64,000 bases of DNA from Oscillospiraceae bacterium (GTDB lineage: Bacteria > Bacillota > Clostridia > Oscillospirales > Acutalibacteraceae), in contig SVPM01000003.1 in assembly GCA_015065865.1 (NCBI GenBank), forward strand, positions 4,206 to 68,205, given 5' to 3'. Below, in pieces: positions 50,151-58,123 of this stretch. Numbering within the stretch: position 1 is the first letter of the stretch; every line of letters begins with the position of its first letter. The translations under genes were made by a program, and so were the position numbers. The notes under the pieces are model-generated. The model was not told where the DNA came from. It saw only the letters and a list, made by a program, of their open reading frames with translations, and ran no database searches.

Positions 50151-51719
50151 ATGAAACGCCTATCGTTGCTTGACGCGTTAGACACCACTCCTCGTGCCGT
50201 TGCGCTCGGCTTTTTTGACGGGGTACATCTGGGTCATCGCGCCGTTTTGCGCCACACCCTGACCGCGGCCGAAGCCTATGCTCTCACGCCCGCGGTGTTC
50301 ACGTTCGATACGCTGCCGAAACTCGCCGACAGCGGCTTGTTACTCTCCCGCGAGGAGACCGACCGCCGTTTGGAACAACTCGGGTTTTCCGAACGTATTG
50401 CCGCCCCTTTTTCGGCACTGCACGACTTAACGCCTAAAGCCTTTGCACAAAACGTGTTGGTCGACACCCTGCACGCCGCCGTCGTTTGTTGCGGCAGGAA
50501 TTTCCGTTTCGGGAAGAACGGCGAAGGCGACGTTTCCGCCTTAGAACATTGGGGGCAGGTTTTTGGATTTGATGTGCGCGTGCTGGATCTGGTTACGGCC
50601 GACACCGAGCCGATCAGTTCTACCCGCATTCGCCGTGCGCTTGCGGCGGGGGATATGCCCACCGTCAATCGGCTGTTGGGACATCCCTACGAAGTGACCG
50701 CCACCGTGGTGAGCGGTGCACATTTGGGGCGCACACTCGGCACGCCGACAATCAACCAAAAGCTCCCCCCCGAAACCGTAAAACCACCGTTCGGCGTGTA
50801 CGCCTCGGTGGTAGAGGTGGAAGGGCGCGTACACCACGCGGTCACCAATCTCGGCGTTAAGCCGACAGTGGGCGGTTGTGAACCGCTTGCGGAAACCTGC
50901 ATTTTGGACTACAACGGCGATTTGTACGACCGCACCGTTACGGTGCGCCCCGTGCGGTTTTTGCGCGCGGAGAAAACCTTCGATTCGGTGGAATCGTTGC
51001 GCGTTCAGATTCAAAAAGACAGCGAAACGGCCCGCGCTTGTTTTGCTCCTACGGGACACACGCGCGCCGTCTTGTTCGACTTTGATGATACGCTGCAAAA
51101 TCGGCGGGAGGCGTTTTTGAACTATGCCCGCGGTTTTGTCCGCCGCCATTTCCCCGCGTTGCCCGCCGATACGCAAGAACTTCGCGCCCACGATATGGCA
51201 GAGTTTTGCGCTTCGGGGAACGAATTCCCGAATTACGACGCTTTTTATACCGCGCTGATCGAACACTGGCAATGGCAAGGCGCCCCTCCTATCGAACGAC
51301 TGGTGAACGAGGCACGTTGTTTCTTCCCCAACTACACCACCCTTTTACCGAACGTAGACCAAGGTCTGACCGCTCTTCGAGCAAGGGGGTATCTTTTGGG
51401 TATCGTCACCAACGGTGATATTTTCATACAAAACAAGAAACTGGACGTCAGCGCGTTACGCCCCCTTTTCGACACGGTCGTGATCGCAGGGGAAGAAGGT
51501 GTTTCCAAACCCGACCCCGAGATTTTTTACCGTGCGGCCGCGCGGCTCGGCGTTTCTCCCGCCGATTGTATTTTTGTGGGCGATCATCCCGAAAAAGATA
51601 TTGAAGGTGCCGTTTCGGCAGGGATGCAGACACGATTTATGTGCGCTTGCGGTTGGTTTGACCCACCGGCCGGTGTAACGGTAGTCCACTCGATGGACGA
51701 ATTGATTGAGAGTATATAA
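50151..51719 (+). CDS. ribF: Bifunctional riboflavin kinase/FAD synthetase fused to a C-terminal HAD-superfamily hydrolase domain
   Basis: FAD synthetase block ALGFFDGVHLGHRAVL. Riboflavin kinase block GAHLGRTLGTPTINQ...GVYASVVEV. From about residue 305, HAD motifs FDFDDTL (I), GIVTNG (II), KPDPEIF (III) and VGDHPEKDIEGA (IV). Confidence 0.85.
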   Translation: MKRLSLLDALDTTPRAVALGFFDGVHLGHRAVLRHTLTAAEAYALTPAVFTFDTLPKLADSGLLLSREETDRRLEQLGFSERIAAPFSALHDLTPKAFAQNVLVDTLHAAVVCCGRNFRFGKNGEGDVSALEHWGQVFGFDVRVLDLVTADTEPISSTRIRRALAAGDMPTVNRLLGHPYEVTATVVSGAHLGRTLGTPTINQKLPPETVKPPFGVYASVVEVEGRVHHAVTNLGVKPTVGGCEPLAETCILDYNGDLYDRTVTVRPVRFLRAEKTFDSVESLRVQIQKDSETARACFAPTGHTRAVLFDFDDTLQNRREAFLNYARGFVRRHFPALPADTQELRAHDMAEFCASGNEFPNYDAFYTALIEHWQWQGAPPIERLVNEARCFFPNYTTLLPNVDQGLTALRARGYLLGIVTNGDIFIQNKKLDVSALRPLFDTVVIAGEEGVSKPDPEIFYRAAARLGVSPADCIFVGDHPEKDIEGAVSAGMQTRFMCACGWFDPPAGVTVVHSMDELIESI

Positions 51720-51721
51720 AA

Positions 51722-51757
51722 CGCGCCGTGGCCAAAGCCGCGGCGCGCGATTTTTTA
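51722..51757 (+). terminator. Rho-independent terminator after ribF
   Basis: CGCGCCGTGGC-CAAA-GCCGCGGCGCG (one G-U pair) followed by CGATTTTTTAT. Confidence 0.7.
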
Positions 51758-51807
51758 TCCTTTTTCGACAAAACCCGTATTATGTGATTTGCATTATGCA
51801 AACCGTT

Positions 51808-51987
51808 TCAGAACATTCCCAGCACGCTGTCGGTAAGGTCTCCCACCGTTCGCAGTGCGTGTCCGACGTTGCGTTTCAGCCCGCGGCGATTTTTATGCAT
51901 ATAACACGCCGCCAAAGCACCCAGTGTTCCGCCTGCCAACAGGCCGACGACCATTCCTTTCATAAATCCGCAAAGTGCACGCCCCAT
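51808..51987 (-). CDS. Small hypothetical membrane protein (59 aa)
   Basis: MGRALCGFMKGMVVGLLAGGTLGALAACYMHKNRRGLKRN... ATG 51987 has AAGGAG 9 nt upstream. One hydrophobic helix and no known motif. Confidence 0.35.
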   Translation of the reverse strand: MGRALCGFMKGMVVGLLAGGTLGALAACYMHKNRRGLKRNVGHALRTVGDLTDSVLGMF

Positions 51988-52074
51988 TTTGGCTATCTCC
52001 TTTCGTTTTTTAGGCAGGGTTTGACTGCTCACCCTAGTATGGCCGAAACAAATGAAAAATATGTGCCGTTGGGG

Positions 52075-52103
52075 TTGCCAAATCGCGGTTTTTGCGCTAC
52101 AAT
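52075..52103 (+). promoter_or_regulatory. Sigma-A-type promoter upstream of manA
   Basis: TTGCCA (52075..52080), 17-nt spacer, TACAAT (52098..52103). Confidence 0.5.
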
Positions 52104-52139
52104 GTAAGAAATAATATTTTAAAAAAGGAAGATGCTGTT

Positions 52140-53102
52140 ATGACAATGTATCCCTTATTGCTCACTCCCCACGTAACCGATTATCTGTGGGGCGGCACCC
52201 GTTTAAAGACGGAATACGGCTATCCCACCGATAAGGATATTGCGGCGGAGGCGTGGGTGCTCTCTTGCCATAAGGACGGCGCTTCGGTCGTTCAAAACGG
52301 CGAACTCGCAGGCCGATCCCTGCCCGAAGTGCTGGCCCTGTGGGGCGACGACGCCATCGGTACCAAAGCGGCGGCGTTCCCGTATTTCCCCTTGCTTATC
52401 AAACTCATCGATGCAAAAGATCGCCTGTCGGTGCAGGTGCACCCCGACAACGAATACGCCCTGCGTGTGGAAGGCGAGTTCGGCAAGACCGAAATGTGGT
52501 ACGTCGTGGATTGCGACGAGGGCGCCGAGTTGATCTACGGTTTTAACACCACCCTCACCCAAGAGGAACTGCGCGCACAGATCGAAGCGGATACCCTGCC
52601 CGACGTGTGCAACTTCGTGCCGGTGAAAAAGGGGGACGTGTTCTTCATTGAAGCCGGCACCCTGCACGCCATCGGCAAGGGCATTCTCATTGCCGAAGTG
52701 CAGCAGAATTCCAACACCACCTATCGCGTGTCCGATTACGGCCGCCTCGGCGCCGACGGCAAACCCCGTCCGTTGCACGTGGACAAGGCGGTAGACGTGA
52801 CCGTTCCCACGCCGCCCTCTATCCCCTACGGCCAAACGGGTGAGATCACCAACGTGGAAGGCGGCACGGTGCGCGCACTCGCCGCCTGTGAGTTCTTCAC
52901 GGCGGATCTCGTAAACGTGGACGGCACCGCTGCCTTCGGCAAAGAAGACACCTTCGTTTCCCTGCTGTGTCTGGACGGCGAGGCTACACTGACCGACGGC
53001 GAAACCACTCTCACCCTCACAAAGGGCGCTTCCGCCTTTGTGCCTGCCGGTATGACCGTGAAGGTGACGGGCAAAGCACAGTTGCTCCAAAGCCATGTGT
53101 AA
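52140..53102 (+). CDS. manA: Mannose-6-phosphate isomerase, class I
   Basis: MTMYPLLLTPHVTDYLWGGTRL..., with cupin metal blocks LSVQVHPD, KTEMWYVVD and AGTLHAIG. AAGGAAG lies 8 nt upstream of ATG 52140. Confidence 0.8.
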   Translation: MTMYPLLLTPHVTDYLWGGTRLKTEYGYPTDKDIAAEAWVLSCHKDGASVVQNGELAGRSLPEVLALWGDDAIGTKAAAFPYFPLLIKLIDAKDRLSVQVHPDNEYALRVEGEFGKTEMWYVVDCDEGAELIYGFNTTLTQEELRAQIEADTLPDVCNFVPVKKGDVFFIEAGTLHAIGKGILIAEVQQNSNTTYRVSDYGRLGADGKPRPLHVDKAVDVTVPTPPSIPYGQTGEITNVEGGTVRALAACEFFTADLVNVDGTAAFGKEDTFVSLLCLDGEATLTDGETTLTLTKGASAFVPAGMTVKVTGKAQLLQSHV

Positions 53103-53595
53103 ACCGACACTGAACATCGTGCTGGTGGAACCCGAGATTCCGCAGAACACGGGCAACATTGCCCGTACCTGCGCGGCAACGGGCGCACGCCTGCACTTGG
53201 TGGAACCGCTGGGTTTTCGCATTGACGATCGCAAATTAAAACGTGCCGGATTGGACTATTGGCACCTGCTGGATATCACCTATTACAAAGATCTGAACGA
53301 TTTCTTGCAAAAGAACAGCGGCCCTTACTTCTTTTTCACCACCAAGGGTACGCATATCCACTCGGATATGACCTATCCCGACGGTGCGTATCTGGTGTTC
53401 GGCAAAGAAACGGCGGGGCTACCCGAATGGTTACTGCACGACCACCCCGATTCCTGCGTGCGGTTGCCGATGATCGCCAACGATGCCGCGCGCTCGCTCA
53501 ACCTGTCCAACACGGTAGCGGTAGGGGTATATGAAGTACTCCGCCAGTGGGGTTATCCCGCGCTACGCACCGAAGGCCATCTCACACAATATTAA
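53095..53595 (+). CDS. trmL: tRNA (cytidine/uridine-2'-O-)-methyltransferase TrmL (SpoU family)
   Basis: LNIVLVEPEIPQNTGNIARTCAATGARLHLVEPLGF and SLNLSNTVAVGVYE. Overlaps manA by 8 nt. Confidence 0.85.
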   Translation: MCKPTLNIVLVEPEIPQNTGNIARTCAATGARLHLVEPLGFRIDDRKLKRAGLDYWHLLDITYYKDLNDFLQKNSGPYFFFTTKGTHIHSDMTYPDGAYLVFGKETAGLPEWLLHDHPDSCVRLPMIANDAARSLNLSNTVAVGVYEVLRQWGYPALRTEGHLTQY

Positions 53596-53607
53596 GGGGA
53601 GAAAAGA

Positions 53608-54147
53608 ATGGCACATCCCATCCGCCATTTTCGAACGGTGTTTCGTCACCGTCGCCGCGTGATCGCCCACTGTGCCAAGGCGGGGATCCTGTGGCGAGGA
53701 CTTGTACACGACCTGTCCAAATACTCGCCCACCGAGTTTTTGCCCGGCGCAAAATATTTTGTGGGCGAGCGCAGCCCCAACGAGATCGAACGGCAAAAAC
53801 ACGGATATTCCTCCGCGTGGATCCACCACAAAGGGCGCAACCGCCATCATTTTGAGTATTGGACGGATTACGATCCCACGACCCACGTAATGACCCCCGT
53901 GAAGATGCCGCTTATATTTGTTGCCGAAATGTTTTGTGATCGTGTGGCAGCCAGCAAGGTGTATCAAGGGGAACGCTACACCGATGCACATCCGCTGGCG
54001 TATTTCGAAAAAGGAAAACCCACCCGCGCCATTCACCCCGCCACTTCCGATCTGTTGGAATCGTGGCTTGTGATGCTGAAAGAACAGGGCGAGGAGGCGA
54101 CGTTTCGCTATATTCGCGAAATGCTGAAAACCAAACAAGCGTATTAA
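53608..54147 (+). CDS. Conserved hypothetical protein (family I recall as DUF5662; unverified)
   Basis: 179 aa: HFRTVFRHRRRVIAHC...GLVHDLSKYSPTEFLPGAKYF...WIHHKGRNRHHFEYW. GGGGAGAAAAG lies upstream of the ATG. Confidence 0.55.
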   Translation: MAHPIRHFRTVFRHRRRVIAHCAKAGILWRGLVHDLSKYSPTEFLPGAKYFVGERSPNEIERQKHGYSSAWIHHKGRNRHHFEYWTDYDPTTHVMTPVKMPLIFVAEMFCDRVAASKVYQGERYTDAHPLAYFEKGKPTRAIHPATSDLLESWLVMLKEQGEEATFRYIREMLKTKQAY

Positions 54148-54183
54148 AAGATGACCGAATGCTGTGCATTCGGTCATCTTTTA
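54146..54183. terminator. Bidirectional terminator between convergent genes
   Basis: AAAAGATGACCGAATGC-TGT-GCATTCGGTCATCTTTT, a 17-bp stem. Confidence 0.8.
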
Positions 54184-54714
54184 TCACTTGCAGTAGTTCT
54201 CCACGTAACCGTCAATGGCGTTCGCAATAATCTCACGTGCCGCTTCGGCGCCCAGCACTTCGTTCACCGCCGTTTCCTTGTCTTCCAGTTCCTTATACAC
54301 GCGGAAGAAGTGGGTCATTTCGTCAAAGATGTGGGCGGGTATTTCGGAAATATCCTTGTAACTGTTGTAGGTCGGGTCGTGGAACGGAATGGCAATGATC
54401 TTTTCGTCATACCGTCCGTTATCGATCATCGTGATCACTCCGATTGGATAACAACGTACCGACGTCATCGGATGCAGCGGCTCGGAGCACAGCACCAACA
54501 CGTCCAACGGGTCCAGATCATCCGCATAGGTGCGGGGAATAAACCCGTAGTTCGCAGGGTAGTGTGTCGAGGTATACAGAATACGGTCCAACATCAAAAT
54601 GCCGGTCTCTTTATCCAGTTCGTATTTACACTTGCTTCCTTTTTCAATCTCAATCACGGCCACAAAATCCTGCTTAGTGATGCGTTTCGGGTTGATGTTA
54701 TGCCAGATATTCAT
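54184..54714 (-). CDS. ppa: Inorganic pyrophosphatase, family I
   Basis: [30 protein letters not shown] and DPLDVLVL blocks. ATG 54714 has AAGGAGG 9 nt upstream. Confidence 0.9.
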   Translation of the reverse strand: MNIWHNINPKRITKQDFVAVIEIEKGSKCKYELDKETGILMLDRILYTSTHYPANYGFIPRTYADDLDPLDVLVLCSEPLHPMTSVRCYPIGVITMIDNGRYDEKIIAIPFHDPTYNSYKDISEIPAHIFDEMTHFFRVYKELEDKETAVNEVLGAEAAREIIANAIDGYVENYCK

Positions 54715-54769
54715 AACGCGCCGCCTCCTTTGATACTCATAGTATCGCACGAAACGGCGCGTTTGTCAA

Positions 54770-55312
54770 TCATTCTTCCATTTGTTTGCCCAAAAATGCC
54801 GCCGCCACCTGCATCATCTTCACGTCCCCCTCGCCGGGGATCGCACCGCTTTCGGGCAACAGCAAACACACACTGCCGATAACATCGCCCGCCGCAATAA
54901 TGGGTACCGCCACCGCGGCAAAGCGGTCCACCCCTTCCGCGATCAACATACGTTCGCTCTCCCCCGCGCGCGCCAGATGGGTGCGCCGCTGCTCCATCGC
55001 GGCCTCCAACATCGAGGAAACCTCGCGGTCCTGCAGTTCCTTTTTGGAAACGCCCGCCACTGCGATAATGCGGTCACGGTCGCTCACCACTACCGCCTGC
55101 CCCAACGCACGCGCCATCACCTCGGCATACTGCACCGCAAATTCACCGAGCTCCCCCATCGGCGAATACTTCTTGAACACGACCTCCCCATCGTTGTTAG
55201 TGAAAATTTCAAGCGGGTCTCCCTCGCGTATCCTCATTGTTCTTCTAATTTCTTTCGGTATAACCACACGACCAAGGTCGTCTATGCGTCTTACAATACC
55301 TGTTGCTTTCAT
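54770..55312 (-). CDS. spoVT: Stage V sporulation protein T (AbrB-type regulator with GAF-like C-domain)
   Basis: MKATGIVRRIDDLGRVVIPKEIRRTMRIREGDPLEIF (swapped-hairpin AbrB fold) plus a C-terminal half of about 125 aa. Total 180 aa, as expected for SpoVT. AAAGGAG lies 9 nt upstream of ATG 55312. The track ORF continues in frame upstream to 55702. Confidence 0.85.
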   Translation of the reverse strand: MKATGIVRRIDDLGRVVIPKEIRRTMRIREGDPLEIFTNNDGEVVFKKYSPMGELGEFAVQYAEVMARALGQAVVVSDRDRIIAVAGVSKKELQDREVSSMLEAAMEQRRTHLARAGESERMLIAEGVDRFAAVAVPIIAAGDVIGSVCLLLPESGAIPGEGDVKMMQVAAAFLGKQMEE

Positions 55313-55317
55313 ATATA
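55293..55317. repeat. Left copy of the 25-nt direct repeat bounding the island (att-like)
   Basis: ACAATACCTGTTGCTTTCATATATA, identical to 62163..62187. It covers 6 nt upstream, the ATG and codons 2-7 of spoVT (minus strand). Confidence 0.85.
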
Positions 55318-55702
55318 AAAACTCCTTTTCACTATTTAATGGTGTGGAGTTAGTATGTGGAAAGTTGCCATTATTATACTCATTTGACACAATTCTCAGT
55401 ATTTCTTTGAAGATTTGTGCGGTCTCTTCTTCACGCTCCATCCTGTTTAAAGTACATCCTAATTGCTTGATGCCGAAATCACCTCGTCGCTTTTCAACTT
55501 GATACTGAGGAACATCATACATGCGAGCAATAAACGCATCAGAAGCGCGCTCAAATAACTTCTCTAATTGACTCTTGCTCATCCGAAAGAAGTCTGCCGG
55601 CAAGCTCGAAATTGTCAAATGATGAAGACCCAAACTTTTCAAGTCATTCTTAATCATTTTGCCTTCTTTACTTGAATAATCGTAATATTCCTCTTTATAC
55701 AT
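55313..55702 (-). CDS. Island-encoded 130-codon ORF reading in frame into spoVT (no stop codon of its own)
   Basis: MYKEEYYDYSSKEGKMIKNDLKSL...SDAFIARMYDVPQYQVEKRRGDFGIKQL...NSEKEFLY, followed directly by the spoVT ATG. AT-rich island DNA. It is uncertain whether it is translated or what it does. Confidence 0.3.
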
Positions 55703-55994
55703 AATCTATTCCTGCTTTTTTGTTACTTCATAATATAAACACGTATAAAAAATCGAAAATATAATCACTTTCAAAAATTTTCTTTAATTATATTTTCTCA
55801 CAATAACAATTATATATGATTCATATCCCAATGTCATCGGCAAAACTCTGCCAATTTTGTGCCAAATTACTGCCACGTATATATAATTAAAGGTGCCGCT
55901 TATTGTTTCATCGTAATTTGCATTGTTTCATCCTCGATGAAATAAGAAAAGTGATATGAAACAATACAAAAATTACATATTAAAAAAACTCTTC

Positions 55995-56031
55995 AAAAAA
56001 GCAAAGCGCCGCATTTCTGCGACGCTTTTTA
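55995..56031 (-). terminator. Terminator after the XRE-ImmA gene
   Basis: Minus strand: AAAAAGCGTCGCAGAAATGCGGCGCTTTGCTTTTTTG, a stem with one mismatch followed by a T-run, 13 nt past the stop. Confidence 0.6.
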
Positions 56032-56043
56032 AAACAATTTTCA

Positions 56044-57201
56044 TTAATTATTACTTGATTTTTTGAGCATAACGATTTTTGTCGGTTCGGAATTTTGATA
56101 AACCAGAGTGTTTTCGTTCAAATTCATCAACACTTCCAACTCGTTTGCATGCATCGCCAATCCCATTTCGCTTAACTCCGTCACGAGTTCTTTTGGGGTG
56201 AATACATTATTCGTCAACAAAACATCAACAGCATCAGCGAACATAGTCGGAACGGGGGATAGCAAAACATTATCAAGTGGCTCGGATTTTCTCCAACCTT
56301 TATTTTGCATAATTCTAATTAAATATTGATATTGGTTCTGCGATATAACTTTTAAATCACAACTTCTATACAGCATAGCACCAATAGATACTTTCCACTT
56401 CTTTTTGAGCTGTACATAATAGTTTAGATTTTGAGGATCCAACGAAACGTCTTTAGTAAAAGAACTTTCAGGCATCAAGAAGGCTGCTGCAAATTCATTT
56501 GCTTCTTTTTCCTTCGCTTTAAACTCTTCCCTAGAAAGCGCTTCTTCGTCCTCACTCCATTCATGTAGGAGAATATGTCCCAATTCATGTGCTATATCGA
56601 AATTTATTCTTACCGCAGAATCTTTATTTTTAGATAAAGCGATTAAATAAACATCTCCCTCCGGCATTTCGATATACTGACTAAATGCATCAATGTCATC
56701 CGTATCGGTAGGGAATGTTGTCACAATTATTCCGTTTTCTTCGGCTACACGCATAATATCAGATATTGGCTTATCTCCAAGCCCCCAATATTCACGCAAA
56801 GCATCAGCAGCTTCTTTAGGTGAGGTAATTGAACCTATCCATGCCGGTAAATTCAATTCTGGGAATGTAACATATTCATTAAGAAAAGAATATATCTGAG
56901 CTAAATGCTTCATTTTAACTATTTGTGCTGCTCTATACTTTTTATTCGTTTTCATCAAAGAACGAAAATAGGTTGTGCCTGTTTTTACGGACAAATCACT
57001 ATCTTGAATAAAGTATTGATATGGGAAGCCTAAAGTTGCAGACAATGCCGCAATTCGGTCAAACGGCACATTTTCAATTTTTCCTGTTTCATATTGAGAA
57101 ATGGTTTGTTTGCTCACTTCTATTTTTTGAGATAATTCTTCAACTGTTAATCCTCTGTATTGTCGTGCTAATTTTAATCTATTTCCATTAAATGCTTTCA
57201 T
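56044..57201 (-). CDS. XRE-family HTH fused to an ImmA/IrrE (M78-type) zinc metallopeptidase domain
   Basis: 385 aa. N-terminal HTH NRLKLARQYRGLTVEELSQKIEVSKQTISQYETGK. Central HExxH in FDIAHELGHILLHEW, with the surrounding DUF955/COG2856-like context. Confidence 0.8.
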   Translation of the reverse strand: MKAFNGNRLKLARQYRGLTVEELSQKIEVSKQTISQYETGKIENVPFDRIAALSATLGFPYQYFIQDSDLSVKTGTTYFRSLMKTNKKYRAAQIVKMKHLAQIYSFLNEYVTFPELNLPAWIGSITSPKEAADALREYWGLGDKPISDIMRVAEENGIIVTTFPTDTDDIDAFSQYIEMPEGDVYLIALSKNKDSAVRINFDIAHELGHILLHEWSEDEEALSREEFKAKEKEANEFAAAFLMPESSFTKDVSLDPQNLNYYVQLKKKWKVSIGAMLYRSCDLKVISQNQYQYLIRIMQNKGWRKSEPLDNVLLSPVPTMFADAVDVLLTNNVFTPKELVTELSEMGLAMHANELEVLMNLNENTLVYQNSEPTKIVMLKKSSNN

Positions 57202-57225
57202 AATGCATAACTCTCTTTCAATTGA

Positions 57226-57969
57226 TTATGCCTGTTTCTCGAGTTCCTTTTCTTTTAATGCAACCAACTCTTTTCTGTGCAGGCGATCCAACGATTTCTG
57301 TTTAAGGGCATGTCTAGGTTCACTCTTTTCTTGAACCATGTCGACTTCATTGCTCATAATTGGGCTGCTGCTTTCCAACCAATCTTGTTCGCAAACAACA
57401 TCCAAATCTTTATCCAGCACATATGCCTTAAGAGAACCTATGCGACCATATTGATTCGAAAAAACAACCAGTGTATGGTTTACAGTTTCCTTATTTACAT
57501 GATCTTCAAAACCCACGCACATTTCATCAAGGATACGCTCTATCTGTGTTTCGTCTGCAGGCTCACCAACCTCAAACAAAGATTGTTGTTTATGAGGTGC
57601 TTGCAATTCTGCATTCAGGGAAACCAAGGAACGGATATATTGCGGTTGTTTGTTCACCTTTGATTTTTTTACAGTTTCAAATCTAGTATCACGCATAAAA
57701 GACAATACTAGCCCACTATTTTTATCGAGAAGTAACAGCACTTCCCACATTCCGCGTTTGCTGGTAGAATACAAAACATTGCTATCAGAAAAAGCATTTA
57801 TTAAATTACGATATATAAGGTCCCAATTAAGAAACGGACCGGATACATGGGTTTTTAATTCTAAAACCGCATCCGCTTCTTGACGGTCTTCCCCAATTGC
57901 CTGTGAAAGGCACTCGTAAATTTTTTGTTTGGTTTCCTGCTGAATACCATCCAGCAAAGTTTTTCGCAT
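57226..57969 (-). CDS. Hypothetical protein, upstream partner of the XRE-ImmA gene (candidate toxin/effector)
   Basis: 247 aa and soluble, with no motif I can assign. GGAGG lies 8 nt upstream of the ATG. The stop is 24 nt before the downstream ATG, so co-transcription is likely. Confidence 0.6.
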   Translation of the reverse strand: MRKTLLDGIQQETKQKIYECLSQAIGEDRQEADAVLELKTHVSGPFLNWDLIYRNLINAFSDSNVLYSTSKRGMWEVLLLLDKNSGLVLSFMRDTRFETVKKSKVNKQPQYIRSLVSLNAELQAPHKQQSLFEVGEPADETQIERILDEMCVGFEDHVNKETVNHTLVVFSNQYGRIGSLKAYVLDKDLDVVCEQDWLESSSPIMSNEVDMVQEKSEPRHALKQKSLDRLHRKELVALKEKELEKQA

Positions 57970-58003
57970 AAGCTAAACCTCCATTTTTTGTTATCTGTAA
58001 TAT

Positions 58004-58032
58004 ATTTTACAATAAAGCGTGATTTTTGTCAA
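58004..58032 (-). promoter_or_regulatory. Sigma-A-type promoter for the 57969..56044 two-gene unit
   Basis: Minus strand: TTGACA (58032..58027), 17-nt spacer, TAAAAT (58009..58004). Confidence 0.55.
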
Positions 58033-58084
58033 GTGAATTTTATGAAGATTTATTTTCTGTAATTTCAACTGCGATGACTTATAG

Positions 58085-58118
58085 AAAAGTGCGCCTGGCT
58101 ATTGCCAAGCGCACAAAA
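58085..58118 (-). terminator. Terminator after the TOPRIM-like gene
   Basis: Minus strand: GTGCGCTTGG-CAATAG-CCAGGCGCAC followed by TTTTCT, 6 nt past the stop. Confidence 0.6.
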
Positions 58119-58123
58119 GGTCA

